Part shown: piece by piece, positions 44,568 through 55,051 of the stretch
Layout of the letters: the number at the start of each line of letters is the position of its first letter
Numbering within the stretch: position 1 is the stretch's first letter
Virus record (IMG/VR): IMGVR_UViG_3300032304_001646
Span: 1-58,903 of that record
Length of the DNA: 58,903 nucleotides
DNA from: a virus
Lineage: Duplodnaviria; Caudoviricetes
Direction: 5' to 3' (one strand)
Made by a program: the position numbers and the translations under genes
The notes under the pieces: model-generated
The model's database searches: none
What the model was told of the DNA's origin: nothing
What the model saw: only the letters and a program-made list of their open reading frames with translations

Positions 44568-47500
44568 ATGAAAGGATTAGCAAAATTTTTAGTAGAAACA
44601 ATATTGGATGAAGCGGCTGAAATGGACAAAGTAGTTGTTGTCTATTCTGGCCGCTTTCAACCATTTCATAAGGGACATTACGCAACTTATGAAAATTTAA
44701 TACGCAAATTCGGAAAGGATAGTGTATATATCGGAACTTCTAATGTTACCGATTCAAAAAAATCTCCATTTAATTTTAAGGAAAAGAAAGCAATAATGAT
44801 GCAGATGTTTGGAATTCCATCATCTAAAATTATTAATATCAAAAATCCATATAGACCGGAAGAAATACTAAATAAGTATGATTCTGATACAACTGGCTTA
44901 ATTGTTGTAGTTGGTGAAAAAGACCAAAACCGATTAAGTGGTAAATATTTCACTCCATATAAAGGTAAAGTAGAGCAAGGATATCTAGATAAAGGATATG
45001 TGTACGCCTCACCAGCTCAACCTAATCCTATTAGTGGTACTGATGTTCGTTATTGGTTAAGTGCTGGTAGTGAAGAAGAAAGAAAGAAAAACTTTACAAA
45101 AGCATACCCAAAGTTTGATTCTCAAATATTCAAATTAATTACTCTTAAATTAAAAGGATTAAAAGAATGCATTAACGAAGAAATTAAACTAAACGTAAAA
45201 GTTGGTGATACTTTGTTGATGGGTAAATTTAAAAACAAAAAAGTAATTGTTAAATCAATAGGTGAAGATGAGTGGGGAATGCCAACAATCAATGGTAAAA
45301 AAGCCGTAACATTTAGAATTCCTAAAAAAGAAGAATTAAAAGAAGCTGCATCTAATGCAGGATTTAGTGGAACTGCTGAACCCGATACATCATTTGTAGC
45401 AGATAGACAGAAACGAATATTAAATAAAGAAAAGCCTGAAAATTGGTATAAGCAAGGTGGGTACACTCAATTAGATAAACCTAAAGCGGATAATATGAGA
45501 GGAGTTGGTAAAACAAAAGATACTGAAACTCAATTTAGAAAATCATATTACAAAATAAATAATGTAGAAAAAAGCACATTAAACCCAGCTGATGACCCAC
45601 ATAAAGTTGAAGATTGGAAAGAAATAAAACCTAAAAAAGCAGTGAAAAAACCTAAAAGATTTTGGGAACTTCCTGAAAATCAAAAAGATACAATAATTTC
45701 AAAAGAAGATATAAATGAAATTATAGATGAAATGGAATCTTTTATATTGGGAGAAATGGCAAAGCAGGATTTAGATGCAGTTGAAAAATATGCAGATAAT
45801 CAACTAAGTCCAGAAGATATTGAATTGGGTAAAGAAACAGACCATTTTTTCCAAAGATTAAATGACCCTAGAAATGGAAAACCAATTTCAGCACCAGAAC
45901 TAACTGGATTTTTCAAAAGATTGGCAAGAAATAAAAAAAAATTTATAGAGTTTGTAAAACAATATAAAGAATTTGTTGTCAATGATACAAAAACAAACAT
46001 AAACATAGCGTTTATGAAAGTTGCAAATAAGTTGATTGCAAAAACGGTAATGAGAAAAGTCGATTTTAAATCAACAAGTCCAATATTCAAAACCGAAACA
46101 ATAGATGAAATGGGATTGGGTGGAGGAGCCGGTGTAGGTTTAAGTTTACCAGGTGGATATATCAATGGTGCACCAAAAGCTGATGATGTTAAGAAGGTTA
46201 GTAAAAAACTTAACAATAAAGGAATGAGTGGATATGAGGAGATTGATGAGATAGCAGTTCAAATTGATAATATTCCTGGTGGGTTAGCAAAAGGTATGAC
46301 ATTAAATGATATAGCTAAGCATCATAATATAAGTCCACAAACATTAAAGAATGAATTTATAAAGGGATATGCGATAGAAAGAGAACACACTACTGATGTT
46401 GATATAGCAAAAGAAATTGCATTAGACCATCTCTACGAAGACCCGAATTATTATAGTAAACTTTCTAAAATAGAAATACCATATAACGAAGCATTTACAA
46501 AAGGACAATTGTTTGCTGGTAAAATGAAAGTGGGTGGAAGGCCTGTAAATGTAGAAGTTGAATTGGTAGGTTCTGATAATAAAACAAATCAATTCATAAC
46601 TAAAATTATATATGTTGATAAAGGATATGAAAGACAGTTACCAATAGGTTCTAAGTTACCGATACCTGCTAGAATATTTAGAACACCTGGTGGAGGTTGG
46701 AGAAAAATTAAAACACCATCTGCATTTGAAAATGTAAACGAAGCAACTTCATCGGAAATCATAAAAGATTTGGATAAAGTAAAAACTGATTTACTAAAAA
46801 AGGTAGATGTATTAATTGCAAAAAAGAAAAAACTTTATTCTAATGTTGATATTGAATCTCCAATGAGTGCAGATGAAAAGAAGTTGGATAAAGATATTGC
46901 AGATATATTTTCACAAATAAATCAATTAGTTCTTCAGAAAAGAAGTTTAAAAAAAGAATCAATAAACGAATCACTATTATTGGAAGGTGGGGCTTATGGC
47001 CATATGAACCATCCATTTGATATTGAAATGAACCTTACATTTGGTGATTTAAAACAAATTGTAACAAAGGCTCTTAATGGTGATTTAGATTTAGCAAGAG
47101 AAAAGACTGATGGACAAGCATTGGCAATTAGTTGGGTAAATGGAAGATTGGTTGCTGCAAGAAATAAATCACATACAAAAAATAAAGGTGAAGGTGCAAT
47201 GACTATTGGACAAGTTGCGCAACAATTTGCTGGTAGGGGTGCATTAACTGATGCATATACATTTGCTATGAATGACCTTTCCAAAGCAATATCAGCATTA
47301 TCAGAACCACAACGTAAAAAGATATTTAAAGATGGTGCGTGTTTTATGAATTTAGAAGTAATATACCCACAAAATGCAAATGTAATTCCATACGGACAAC
47401 CATTATTAGTATTTCACGGAACTTTTGAATATAACAAAGAGGGAGAAATTATTGGAGAAAATCAATCCGCAGCATCTATATTAGCTGGAATGATTAAACA

Positions 47501-48182
47501 AGTTAATAAGCATGTACAAGATACATACACAATACAAGGACCTCCAATGCAGTCATTACCAAAATCAGAAAGTCTTTCCAAATTACAAGGAAAATATATA
47601 TCGATGATTAATAGGCTTCAAAAAGAATTTAATTTATCGGATAGTGATGGTGTTGCTGATTATCATCAAGCTTGGTGGACGGATTTTGTTGAAAAAGGTG
47701 CAAAGAAATTAGATATTGGTTCAAAAATAGGATTAGTTAAAAGATGGGCGTTTGGTGATAAATCAATGCGTATAAATCAAATACAAGATGATAAAATAAA
47801 AGCTTGGGCAGATAAAACTGATAAACAAGACCAACAAAAGATTATGAAAAATAATATTATGAAATTTGAAGAAATCTTTTTAGGAGTTGGTGCAGATGTA
47901 TTAGAATTTATGGAGTCAGTATTAACCGCAAACCCATCAGATGCAACAAAACAATTAAGAAACGAATTAGGAAATGCTATCAAACAAATAAAAGCATCTG
48001 GAAACCCACAAAAAATAGATAAACTTAAAATTGAATTACAAAGGTTAAATACATTGGGTGGTTTTGATAAAATTGTTCCAAACGAAGGTATCGTTTTTGT
48101 TTATGGGGGTAATACCTATAAATTAACCGGAGCATTTGCACCATTAAACCAAATTTTAGGTATTTTTAAATACGGAAGATAA
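44568..48182 (+). CDS. 1204-aa multi-module protein: cytidylyltransferase-like domain, small modules (including DUF5661-like), C-terminal KxDG ligase-like domain
   Basis: SGRFQPFHKGH...ISGTDVR; HFFQRLNDPRN module; EREHTTD...EIALDHL.EDP.YY.KL; GGAYGHMNHPFD..EKTDGQ..EGIV..YKLTG. TATTTATA at 44545. Confidence 0.7.
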   Translation: MKGLAKFLVETILDEAAEMDKVVVVYSGRFQPFHKGHYATYENLIRKFGKDSVYIGTSNVTDSKKSPFNFKEKKAIMMQMFGIPSSKIINIKNPYRPEEILNKYDSDTTGLIVVVGEKDQNRLSGKYFTPYKGKVEQGYLDKGYVYASPAQPNPISGTDVRYWLSAGSEEERKKNFTKAYPKFDSQIFKLITLKLKGLKECINEEIKLNVKVGDTLLMGKFKNKKVIVKSIGEDEWGMPTINGKKAVTFRIPKKEELKEAASNAGFSGTAEPDTSFVADRQKRILNKEKPENWYKQGGYTQLDKPKADNMRGVGKTKDTETQFRKSYYKINNVEKSTLNPADDPHKVEDWKEIKPKKAVKKPKRFWELPENQKDTIISKEDINEIIDEMESFILGEMAKQDLDAVEKYADNQLSPEDIELGKETDHFFQRLNDPRNGKPISAPELTGFFKRLARNKKKFIEFVKQYKEFVVNDTKTNINIAFMKVANKLIAKTVMRKVDFKSTSPIFKTETIDEMGLGGGAGVGLSLPGGYINGAPKADDVKKVSKKLNNKGMSGYEEIDEIAVQIDNIPGGLAKGMTLNDIAKHHNISPQTLKNEFIKGYAIEREHTTDVDIAKEIALDHLYEDPNYYSKLSKIEIPYNEAFTKGQLFAGKMKVGGRPVNVEVELVGSDNKTNQFITKIIYVDKGYERQLPIGSKLPIPARIFRTPGGGWRKIKTPSAFENVNEATSSEIIKDLDKVKTDLLKKVDVLIAKKKKLYSNVDIESPMSADEKKLDKDIADIFSQINQLVLQKRSLKKESINESLLLEGGAYGHMNHPFDIEMNLTFGDLKQIVTKALNGDLDLAREKTDGQALAISWVNGRLVAARNKSHTKNKGEGAMTIGQVAQQFAGRGALTDAYTFAMNDLSKAISALSEPQRKKIFKDGACFMNLEVIYPQNANVIPYGQPLLVFHGTFEYNKEGEIIGENQSAASILAGMIKQVNKHVQDTYTIQGPPMQSLPKSESLSKLQGKYISMINRLQKEFNLSDSDGVADYHQAWWTDFVEKGAKKLDIGSKIGLVKRWAFGDKSMRINQIQDDKIKAWADKTDKQDQQKIMKNNIMKFEEIFLGVGADVLEFMESVLTANPSDATKQLRNELGNAIKQIKASGNPQKIDKLKIELQRLNTLGGFDKIVPNEGIVFVYGGNTYKLTGAFAPLNQILGIFKYGR

Positions 48183-48233
48183 TCGTTTTATTTAATTTGA
48201 TATACTTATATATACAAATATATCAAACGTAAT

Positions 48234-48917
48234 ATGGCAAGAGAATTTAATAAAAAATTTATGCATCCAACTCGTAGGAAGTTGGTTGATATGGTAATGC
48301 ATGGTGCTGAATATGAAAAGGATTCATTTATTTCATTTTCTGGTGCAGATAAAGAAATTGTAAAACGTAAAGTTGGTGAAAAATGGACTGATGAAAATGG
48401 TAGGTCTTGGGAACAAACCGAAGGTGGTAGAATAGAATTTTCAGAATTAGGTGATATAATGGCCGAAACAAGAGCTTACTTAGATAAGTTAAATACTTGT
48501 AAATCTGATAATTGTAAAACAATCAAAATAGGTAGGGTTGATAAAAAAATGATATCTAAAACTGGATATTGTTTACACTGTCTTACTATAAGAGAAGCTG
48601 AAATAAAATATGATGGCTTGTGGGAAGCATATGAAGATTATAAAATATTTTCTAATATGATTGCGTATGGTAACGATGTGGTGGCTCAATTCAAACAAGC
48701 ATATAACGATGCTAAACAAACATACGAAGTAGTCCAAGAAGATGGCAAGATTGAAACTTGGAATATGGAAAGAGATGTGGAAGAACTTAAAGCAGAAATC
48801 CTTTTGGAAATTGTTAAGTTTGAAGGTGAAATTGAACAGGCTACTAAATTAAGAAATGCTGCTTACGAAAAATTAAAAGATAAAAATTACGATTTAGTAA
48901 GACCTCTTAACGATTAA
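48234..48917 (+). CDS. Hypothetical protein upstream of terminase, with possible zinc-binding Cys pairs
   Basis: CKSDNC...CLHC; TACTTATA at 48203. Confidence 0.55.
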   Translation: MAREFNKKFMHPTRRKLVDMVMHGAEYEKDSFISFSGADKEIVKRKVGEKWTDENGRSWEQTEGGRIEFSELGDIMAETRAYLDKLNTCKSDNCKTIKIGRVDKKMISKTGYCLHCLTIREAEIKYDGLWEAYEDYKIFSNMIAYGNDVVAQFKQAYNDAKQTYEVVQEDGKIETWNMERDVEELKAEILLEIVKFEGEIEQATKLRNAAYEKLKDKNYDLVRPLND

Positions 48918-48918
48918 T

Positions 48919-50514
48919 ATGAGTACAGGCATAACACAAAAAAAGTCCTTAAAGGAAATAATATCCGATGAATACAAAAAGTGCGCGGTAGACCCGATTC
49001 ACTTTATGAAAAAGTATTGTATGATTCAGCATCCGGTAAGAGGTAAGATACCTTTTCAACTTTTCCCATTTCAAGAAAAAACCCTAACTGAATTTGCTGC
49101 TAATCGTTTTAATATAGTGTTAAAATCTAGACAAACTGGTATTTCTACTCTTTGTGCCGGCTTTGCACTTTGGAAAATGTTATTTAATAGTGATTTTAAC
49201 GTATTGGTTATTGCAACAAAACAAGATGTAGCAAAAAACTTAGTAACCAAAGTAAGGGTAATGCATGAATTATTACCTAGTTGGTTAAAAGGTGGTTCTT
49301 TAGAAGATAACAAACTTTCCCTTCGTTTAAATAATGGTTCTCAAATTAAAGCAATTGCATCTTCTCCTGATGCGGGACGTTCTGAAGCATTATCACTTCT
49401 AATATTTGATGAGGCCGCTTTCATTGATGATATCGATGAGATTTGGGTGGCTGCACAATCTACTCTTTCAACGGGTGGTGCTTGTGTTGCGTTATCTACT
49501 CCAAATGGTGTGGGTAACTGGTTTCATAAAACTTGGATAGGAGCAGAAGATGGTACAAATCCATTTAGTACAATTAAATTACATTGGACAGTTCATCCTG
49601 AAAGAGACCAAAAATGGAGAGATGAGCAAGAGAAATTATTAGGAGTAAAAAAAGCAGCACAAGAATGTGATTGTGATTTCGTATCTTCGGGTGATACTGT
49701 TATTGATCCTGAACTTCTTATGTTTTATAAAGAAACATATTGTAAGGACCCAATTGAAAAGACTGGATTCGATGGAAACCTTTGGAGATGGGAATATCCA
49801 TCGGCAAATGGTTCGTATATGGTTGTAGCGGACGTTGCCAGAGGTGATGGTAGTGACTATTCTGCGTGTCATGTAATAGATGTAACCAATGCAACGCAAG
49901 TGGCAGAATATAGAGGTAAAGTTGATACAAAAGATTTTGGAAATTTCTTAGTTAATCTTTCAACCGAATATAATGATGCATTACTTGTTGTAGAGAACTC
50001 AAACATTGGTTGGGCGTGTATCCAACAATGTATAGATAGAGATTATAAAAACTTATTCTATATGAGTAAGGATTTAAAATATGTAGATGTTGAACATCAG
50101 ATGAAAAACAAATACCGAGCAGATGAAAAACAAATGGTAGCGGGATTTTCAACAACATCTAAAACCCGTCCACTTATTATTTCTAAATTGGATGAATATT
50201 TTAGAGAGAAATCAGTAATCATTCGTTCCAATCGTTTAATAGATGAGTTATTTACTTTTATATTTATGAATGGTAGAGCTGAAGCTATGAAAAGTTACAA
50301 TGATGACTTGACAATGGCACTATGTATTGGTTTGTGGGTTAGAGATACTGCACTTCGTTTAAGACAGGAAGGAATAGACCTTACTAAAAGAGCTTTAGGT
50401 GGTATAAGTTCCAATCAACAATACGAAGGAGTATATGGGGGAAACAATATGGATGATAACCCTTGGAAAATGAAAATTGGAGATGATATTGAAGACTTAA
50501 CACAATGGTTGTAA
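48919..50514 (+). CDS. terL: Terminase large subunit (T4 gp17-like)
   Basis: LFPFQ, Walker A LKSRQTGIST, Walker B LIFDEAAF, STPNG, QECDCDF, nuclease ADVARGDGSDYS, NDDLTMA. Confidence 0.95.
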   Translation: MSTGITQKKSLKEIISDEYKKCAVDPIHFMKKYCMIQHPVRGKIPFQLFPFQEKTLTEFAANRFNIVLKSRQTGISTLCAGFALWKMLFNSDFNVLVIATKQDVAKNLVTKVRVMHELLPSWLKGGSLEDNKLSLRLNNGSQIKAIASSPDAGRSEALSLLIFDEAAFIDDIDEIWVAAQSTLSTGGACVALSTPNGVGNWFHKTWIGAEDGTNPFSTIKLHWTVHPERDQKWRDEQEKLLGVKKAAQECDCDFVSSGDTVIDPELLMFYKETYCKDPIEKTGFDGNLWRWEYPSANGSYMVVADVARGDGSDYSACHVIDVTNATQVAEYRGKVDTKDFGNFLVNLSTEYNDALLVVENSNIGWACIQQCIDRDYKNLFYMSKDLKYVDVEHQMKNKYRADEKQMVAGFSTTSKTRPLIISKLDEYFREKSVIIRSNRLIDELFTFIFMNGRAEAMKSYNDDLTMALCIGLWVRDTALRLRQEGIDLTKRALGGISSNQQYEGVYGGNNMDDNPWKMKIGDDIEDLTQWL

Positions 50515-50571
50515 AAAATGTAGTGTTTTGACAATTTACGATATTTATGATATATGTCAAAATAAAATAAA

Positions 50572-51009
50572 ATGATTAGACTTAAAAATATCTTAAATGA
50601 AGATGAATATGTAGATAACGCATATTCTTTGGGTGATACTCCACATGACAATCCAATTGATGATTATGATGAGTTGGATGTTGAGCAAGAAGATATGGAT
50701 GATTTCATAAACTTCTTAAAGGGGTATTCAACGCAATTGGAAGAAGCAAATTGTAATTGTGTGTATGAAGCCGAATATCAGGGTAGAGATGTTAAGTTAG
50801 GTAAACCAACACAAGGTGATGTTAAGAAGTTTAAAGTTTATGTTAAAAACCCAAAAACAGGAAAGATAATTAAAGTAAACTTTGGACAAAAGGGGATGAA
50901 CATTAAAAAAAATAACCCAGGAAAGAGAGCAAACTTTAGAGCAAGACACAATTGTGATAATCCAGGTCCTAGAACAAAAGCAAGATATTGGTCTTGTAGA
51001 AAATGGTAA
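50572..51009 (+). CDS. Protein with MIRLKNILNE leader, acidic pro-region and basic C-terminal module
   Basis: Acidic segment, then E/AEYQGRDVKLGKP...VNFG...FRARHNCDNPGPRTKARYWSC. Confidence 0.7.
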   Translation: MIRLKNILNEDEYVDNAYSLGDTPHDNPIDDYDELDVEQEDMDDFINFLKGYSTQLEEANCNCVYEAEYQGRDVKLGKPTQGDVKKFKVYVKNPKTGKIIKVNFGQKGMNIKKNNPGKRANFRARHNCDNPGPRTKARYWSCRKW

Positions 51010-51017
51010 AATAAATT

Positions 51018-52793
51018 ATGGCAGAACAAGAATTAGATGATAGAAGTTTCTTTGGTAGGTTAAAGAAATTATTTTCAACAAAAGCAATTGTAACCGTTGA
51101 TAAAGATGGTAATCGTAAAGTTGTCGATACTGAAGAACGTCAATCAAGCACAAACTTTGTAAATCTTAAAGATAGATATACTAAGTTACAAAGGTCTTAT
51201 TATGAAAATAATCAAGGAGCTCAATCAATGGCATATCATCAAGTTCGTAGAGAACTTTTTAGAGATTACGATGCTATGGATTCAGACCCAATCATTGGTT
51301 CAGCGCTTGATATATACGCAGATGAATCTACAACTAAAAATGAATATGGTGATGTTCTTCAAATTAAATCTACAAATGAAAATGTAAAAGATATGTTACA
51401 TAATTTATTCTATGATATAATGAACATAGAATTTAATTTGTGGCCTTGGATTAGAAATTTAGTAAAATACGGTGATGCTTTCTTAGCATTAGAAATTATG
51501 CCTGGTAAAGGTATTGTTAATGTTGCTCCACATTCAATCTATAATGTAGAAAGATTAGAAGGTAGTGACCCTAATAATCCAGATTATGTAAAGTATAAGG
51601 TTGAAATGGACCGTTTTGGTAAAAAAGAATATGAGCAATATGAAATGGCTCACTTTAGAATGTTATCTGATACAAACTTTCTACCATATGGTAAATCAAT
51701 GGTAGAGGGAGCTAGAAGAATTTGGAAACAATTATCGTTAATGGAAGATGCGATGTTAATCCATCGTATTATGAGAGCACCTGAAAAAAGAGTATTTAAA
51801 ATTGATATAGGTAATATTCCACCGCAAGAAGTGGATAACTATATGCAGAAGATTATTAATAAAATGAAAAAAACTCCATTTGTTAATAAAGATACCGGTG
51901 ATTATAACTTAAAATATAATATACAAAACCTTACTGAAGATTTTTTCCTACCTGTACGTGGTAGTGATAGTGGAACAACTATTGATAACTTACAAGGTTT
52001 AGAATACGCAGCTATTGAAGATATTGATTACTTAAAGAATAAATTATTTGCAGCATTAAGAGTACCAAAGGCTTACTTATCGTATGATGAGAACGTAAAT
52101 GGTAAAGCTACTTTGGCGGCAGAAGATGTTCGTTTTGCTAGAACTATCGAAAGAATTCAAAGAACGGTTGTTAGTGAATTAACTAAAATAGCAATTGTAC
52201 ATTTAGCAGCACAAGGTATCGATGATTCTGAAATGACTAATTTTGAATTAACTTTAACTAACGCATCTACAATTTATGAGCAAGAGAAGGTTAATTTGTG
52301 GTCTGAAAAAGTAAGATTAGCATCCGATGTAAAAGCACTTAATATGTTATCATCGGATTGGGCTTATCATAATGTATTTGGATTATCGGAAGATGAGGTA
52401 AATATTGAAAGAGCTAAAGTAGTTTTAGACCTTAAAGATAGATTTAGATATAATTCAATTGAACAACAAGGACAAGACCCAGCAAATCCACCAGAACAAC
52501 AAAATGTGGAAGAAGAAATCAGTAAATTAAAAACTGAAATTGAATTAAACAGAGGAATTGGTAGACCTAGAGAAGGTAATACATATGGTAAAGATAAACA
52601 TCCATATGGTAGAGACCCATTAGGTAATAAAGAAAATGAGAAAGAGAGAAAAAGAGAGGATAGAGTATTAAATACAAACGCTAAGAAGCTAGCAAGGGAA
52701 TATATAAATGGAATTTCATCAAAAAAACAAGTTTTAATTGAAAAAGCGGGTATGCTTGATGAAAAAAATCTATTAGATGATACTAAAATTTAA
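51018..52793 (+). CDS. Portal protein (T4 gp20-like)
   Basis: ALDIYADE, PYGKS, LMEDAMLIHRIMRAPEKRVFKIDIGN, EDFFLPVRG, DIDYLKNKLFAALRVP. Confidence 0.95.
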   Translation: MAEQELDDRSFFGRLKKLFSTKAIVTVDKDGNRKVVDTEERQSSTNFVNLKDRYTKLQRSYYENNQGAQSMAYHQVRRELFRDYDAMDSDPIIGSALDIYADESTTKNEYGDVLQIKSTNENVKDMLHNLFYDIMNIEFNLWPWIRNLVKYGDAFLALEIMPGKGIVNVAPHSIYNVERLEGSDPNNPDYVKYKVEMDRFGKKEYEQYEMAHFRMLSDTNFLPYGKSMVEGARRIWKQLSLMEDAMLIHRIMRAPEKRVFKIDIGNIPPQEVDNYMQKIINKMKKTPFVNKDTGDYNLKYNIQNLTEDFFLPVRGSDSGTTIDNLQGLEYAAIEDIDYLKNKLFAALRVPKAYLSYDENVNGKATLAAEDVRFARTIERIQRTVVSELTKIAIVHLAAQGIDDSEMTNFELTLTNASTIYEQEKVNLWSEKVRLASDVKALNMLSSDWAYHNVFGLSEDEVNIERAKVVLDLKDRFRYNSIEQQGQDPANPPEQQNVEEEISKLKTEIELNRGIGRPREGNTYGKDKHPYGRDPLGNKENEKERKREDRVLNTNAKKLAREYINGISSKKQVLIEKAGMLDEKNLLDDTKI

Positions 52794-52811
52794 TAAAGAA
52801 AAATTTGTTTA

Positions 52812-52819
52812 TATTTATA
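52812..52819 (+). promoter_or_regulatory. TATTTATA putative late promoter element
   Basis: Intergenic motif upstream of the head-assembly genes. Confidence 0.6.
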
Positions 52820-52859
52820 TGTGTTAGTTTATAGGGTAGAATAAATATAGGGTAAGTAA

Positions 52860-53729
52860 ATGAAAAAAATAAAACATTCCAAATTTAAGAATACTGGAGT
52901 GTTATTTGAATTATTAGTAAGACAAATAACATTAGAAGTACTTAATGGCGACAAAACTGAAAATGCAAAGAATATCTTAAGAGAATTCTTTTCTCCAAAT
53001 ACGGAGTTAAATAGAGAATTACGTCTTTATGATATATTGTTAAAAGAAAAGTATAGTTCTGAAACAAAAGCCGATAGATTGGTAGAAACCGTATGTGATG
53101 CGCATAATAAACTAAACCACGTTGCACTTTCTAAAGAAAAATTCAATCTTATTAAAGAAATTTCAGAAAAATTTGAAATTGAACAATTTTTAGCATCTCC
53201 TATTTCTAATTATAAAACATTAGCATCTATATATAAAGTATTTGAATCTAAAAGAGTAGATGGATATGATATTAAAGATGTATTTAATTCAAAGATTACC
53301 CTAATCGAAAACATTACATCAAAACCCGCTCAAAAAACTCAACCAACTGATGAAAAAAAGTTGATTGAAACTTATAAACAACAAGATAAAGACCTTAGAT
53401 TACTTACCTATAAGATTCTAGTTGAAACTTTTAATAAAAAATATACAAACTTAGATGATTCTCAAAAGAATTTGTTGAAAGAGTATATAAATAACATTTC
53501 AAATACTACGAAATTCATAGATTATGTTGGAAAAGAATTACCAAACATAATTGCAGAATTAAATATTATTAAATCAAAACTAAAAGATAGAGTTACACAG
53601 ATTAAATTATCAGAAACTATTTCTCTTTTAGAAAAAATGAAAATTGGAAAAACTGTATCTGATTCTCAAGTTTCATCTATTATGCTTTCTTATGAGCTAA
53701 TTAAAGAACTTAAATCTAAAGTAAAATAA
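52860..53729 (+). CDS. Hypothetical head-morphogenesis-region protein
   Basis: KHSKFKNTGVLFELLVRQI N-terminus; lies between portal and protease. Confidence 0.6.
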   Translation: MKKIKHSKFKNTGVLFELLVRQITLEVLNGDKTENAKNILREFFSPNTELNRELRLYDILLKEKYSSETKADRLVETVCDAHNKLNHVALSKEKFNLIKEISEKFEIEQFLASPISNYKTLASIYKVFESKRVDGYDIKDVFNSKITLIENITSKPAQKTQPTDEKKLIETYKQQDKDLRLLTYKILVETFNKKYTNLDDSQKNLLKEYINNISNTTKFIDYVGKELPNIIAELNIIKSKLKDRVTQIKLSETISLLEKMKIGKTVSDSQVSSIMLSYELIKELKSKVK

Positions 53730-54286
53730 TGGAAGCAAGATTAAAAGAAGCAATTCGTAAATACGTTAGAGAAAGAAACATTCAAAAAACTTTGGATGAA
53801 ATGTCTGTAACGGCTAATGTTGCTGGATATGATACTCCAAACGCATTTTCAAAACCAGGACAAACTGCTAAGAAAAACAAAAGATTGGCAAATATAACCG
53901 GTGGTGAAGTTGTTGATGATTTAGAGGAAGTAAAGATATTAAATCTAAAGCAAGAAAAAGAAAAACCAACAGCAGCTAAAAAAGAACCAGGTGCGGAAAT
54001 TGCAGTTATTAGTGGTATGGAATTAGCGGAAAAAAATTTACATTTAGCTGAAAATCGTTGGGTAGCATTAAAAAAAGAAGATGGTTCTGCAAAATCTAAA
54101 ATAGGTAAAGGTATAACATCTATCAAACAACAATTGGGTGAAGTTGAAAAATTTGTTAATTGGTATTCAAAGTTAAAGACTGAGAATGGTGTTACTAAAG
54201 ATGATTACTATAAAAGAACACATAAAAGTTTACATAAAATCAAAGAAAGATTAATGAATCTTTCAGAAAAAATTAGAAATTTATAA
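53729..54286 (+). CDS. Hypothetical head-region protein
   Basis: Coupled ORF; LDE/MSVTANVAGYDTPNAF module. Confidence 0.6.
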   Translation: MEARLKEAIRKYVRERNIQKTLDEMSVTANVAGYDTPNAFSKPGQTAKKNKRLANITGGEVVDDLEEVKILNLKQEKEKPTAAKKEPGAEIAVISGMELAEKNLHLAENRWVALKKEDGSAKSKIGKGITSIKQQLGEVEKFVNWYSKLKTENGVTKDDYYKRTHKSLHKIKERLMNLSEKIRNL

Positions 54287-54287
54287 T

Positions 54288-55049
54288 ATGCCAGCAGTAT
54301 CAAAAGCACAACAACGATTTATGGGTATGGTTCATGCAGTACAAAAAGGAGACATGGATGCACCATCTAAAGAAGTTGAAAAAGCAGCTGATAGCATGAC
54401 TGATAAAGATGCTAAAGATTACGTATCGACATCACATAAAGGTCTACCAAACAAAAAAGAAAGTATGAAAATCACTAAAGAAAGACTAAAAGAATTAGTT
54501 AAGGAAGTAATGACAGAAGAATCTGAATATCAAGCGTTTTTTGCAAAAGCATTAGAAAAAGCGGGTAAAGGTATTAATGATATGTCTGACGAAGAAAAGA
54601 AAGCATTCTTTAATAAAATAGATACTGCTTGGAATGGTAAAGGTGAAAAGAGTGAATCAGTAAGTGAAGATATCGCAGCTGAATTACCAAAAGCGATAAT
54701 TCCATCAGCCGTTAAACAAAAATTAGAATTAGCAATTGATAAAATTAAAGATGCTAAATTAAATCCTACGCAAAAATTACAATTAGTTGCACAAGTAGTT
54801 GATAGTTTAGGTATTGATAAAACTCAATTAGGTACTATTGCTAATAAGATTAGAAGTAAAATGGAATCTATAAATGAAGAAGATATTAATTGGGGTGCAA
54901 CCGAAAACGCAATCATTAACTTTCTAAAAATGAATACAAAAATTTTAGATAAAAGAGTTAAAGATAGAGATACTGATGGTGTTAAAAAAGGATTACAATC
55001 AATTATTGATGGTTTAACTAATGCACAACGCAGTTTAAAATTAAAATAA
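54288..55049 (+). CDS. Multi-module head-region protein (DUF3008-like N-terminus)
   Basis: MPAVSKAQQRFMGMV...STSHKGLP; internal VMTEE, ESVSE, ESINEE linkers. Confidence 0.6.
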   Translation: MPAVSKAQQRFMGMVHAVQKGDMDAPSKEVEKAADSMTDKDAKDYVSTSHKGLPNKKESMKITKERLKELVKEVMTEESEYQAFFAKALEKAGKGINDMSDEEKKAFFNKIDTAWNGKGEKSESVSEDIAAELPKAIIPSAVKQKLELAIDKIKDAKLNPTQKLQLVAQVVDSLGIDKTQLGTIANKIRSKMESINEEDINWGATENAIINFLKMNTKILDKRVKDRDTDGVKKGLQSIIDGLTNAQRSLKLK

Positions 55050-55051
55050 TA

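Noticed and set aside
48234-48917. Small terminase subunit call
   Set aside because: The position fits, but no recognisable TerS motif was seen; left as hypothetical.
48919-52793. Intein or group I intron in terminase or portal
   Set aside because: Lengths are ordinary, motifs are contiguous and no splice-junction signatures were seen.
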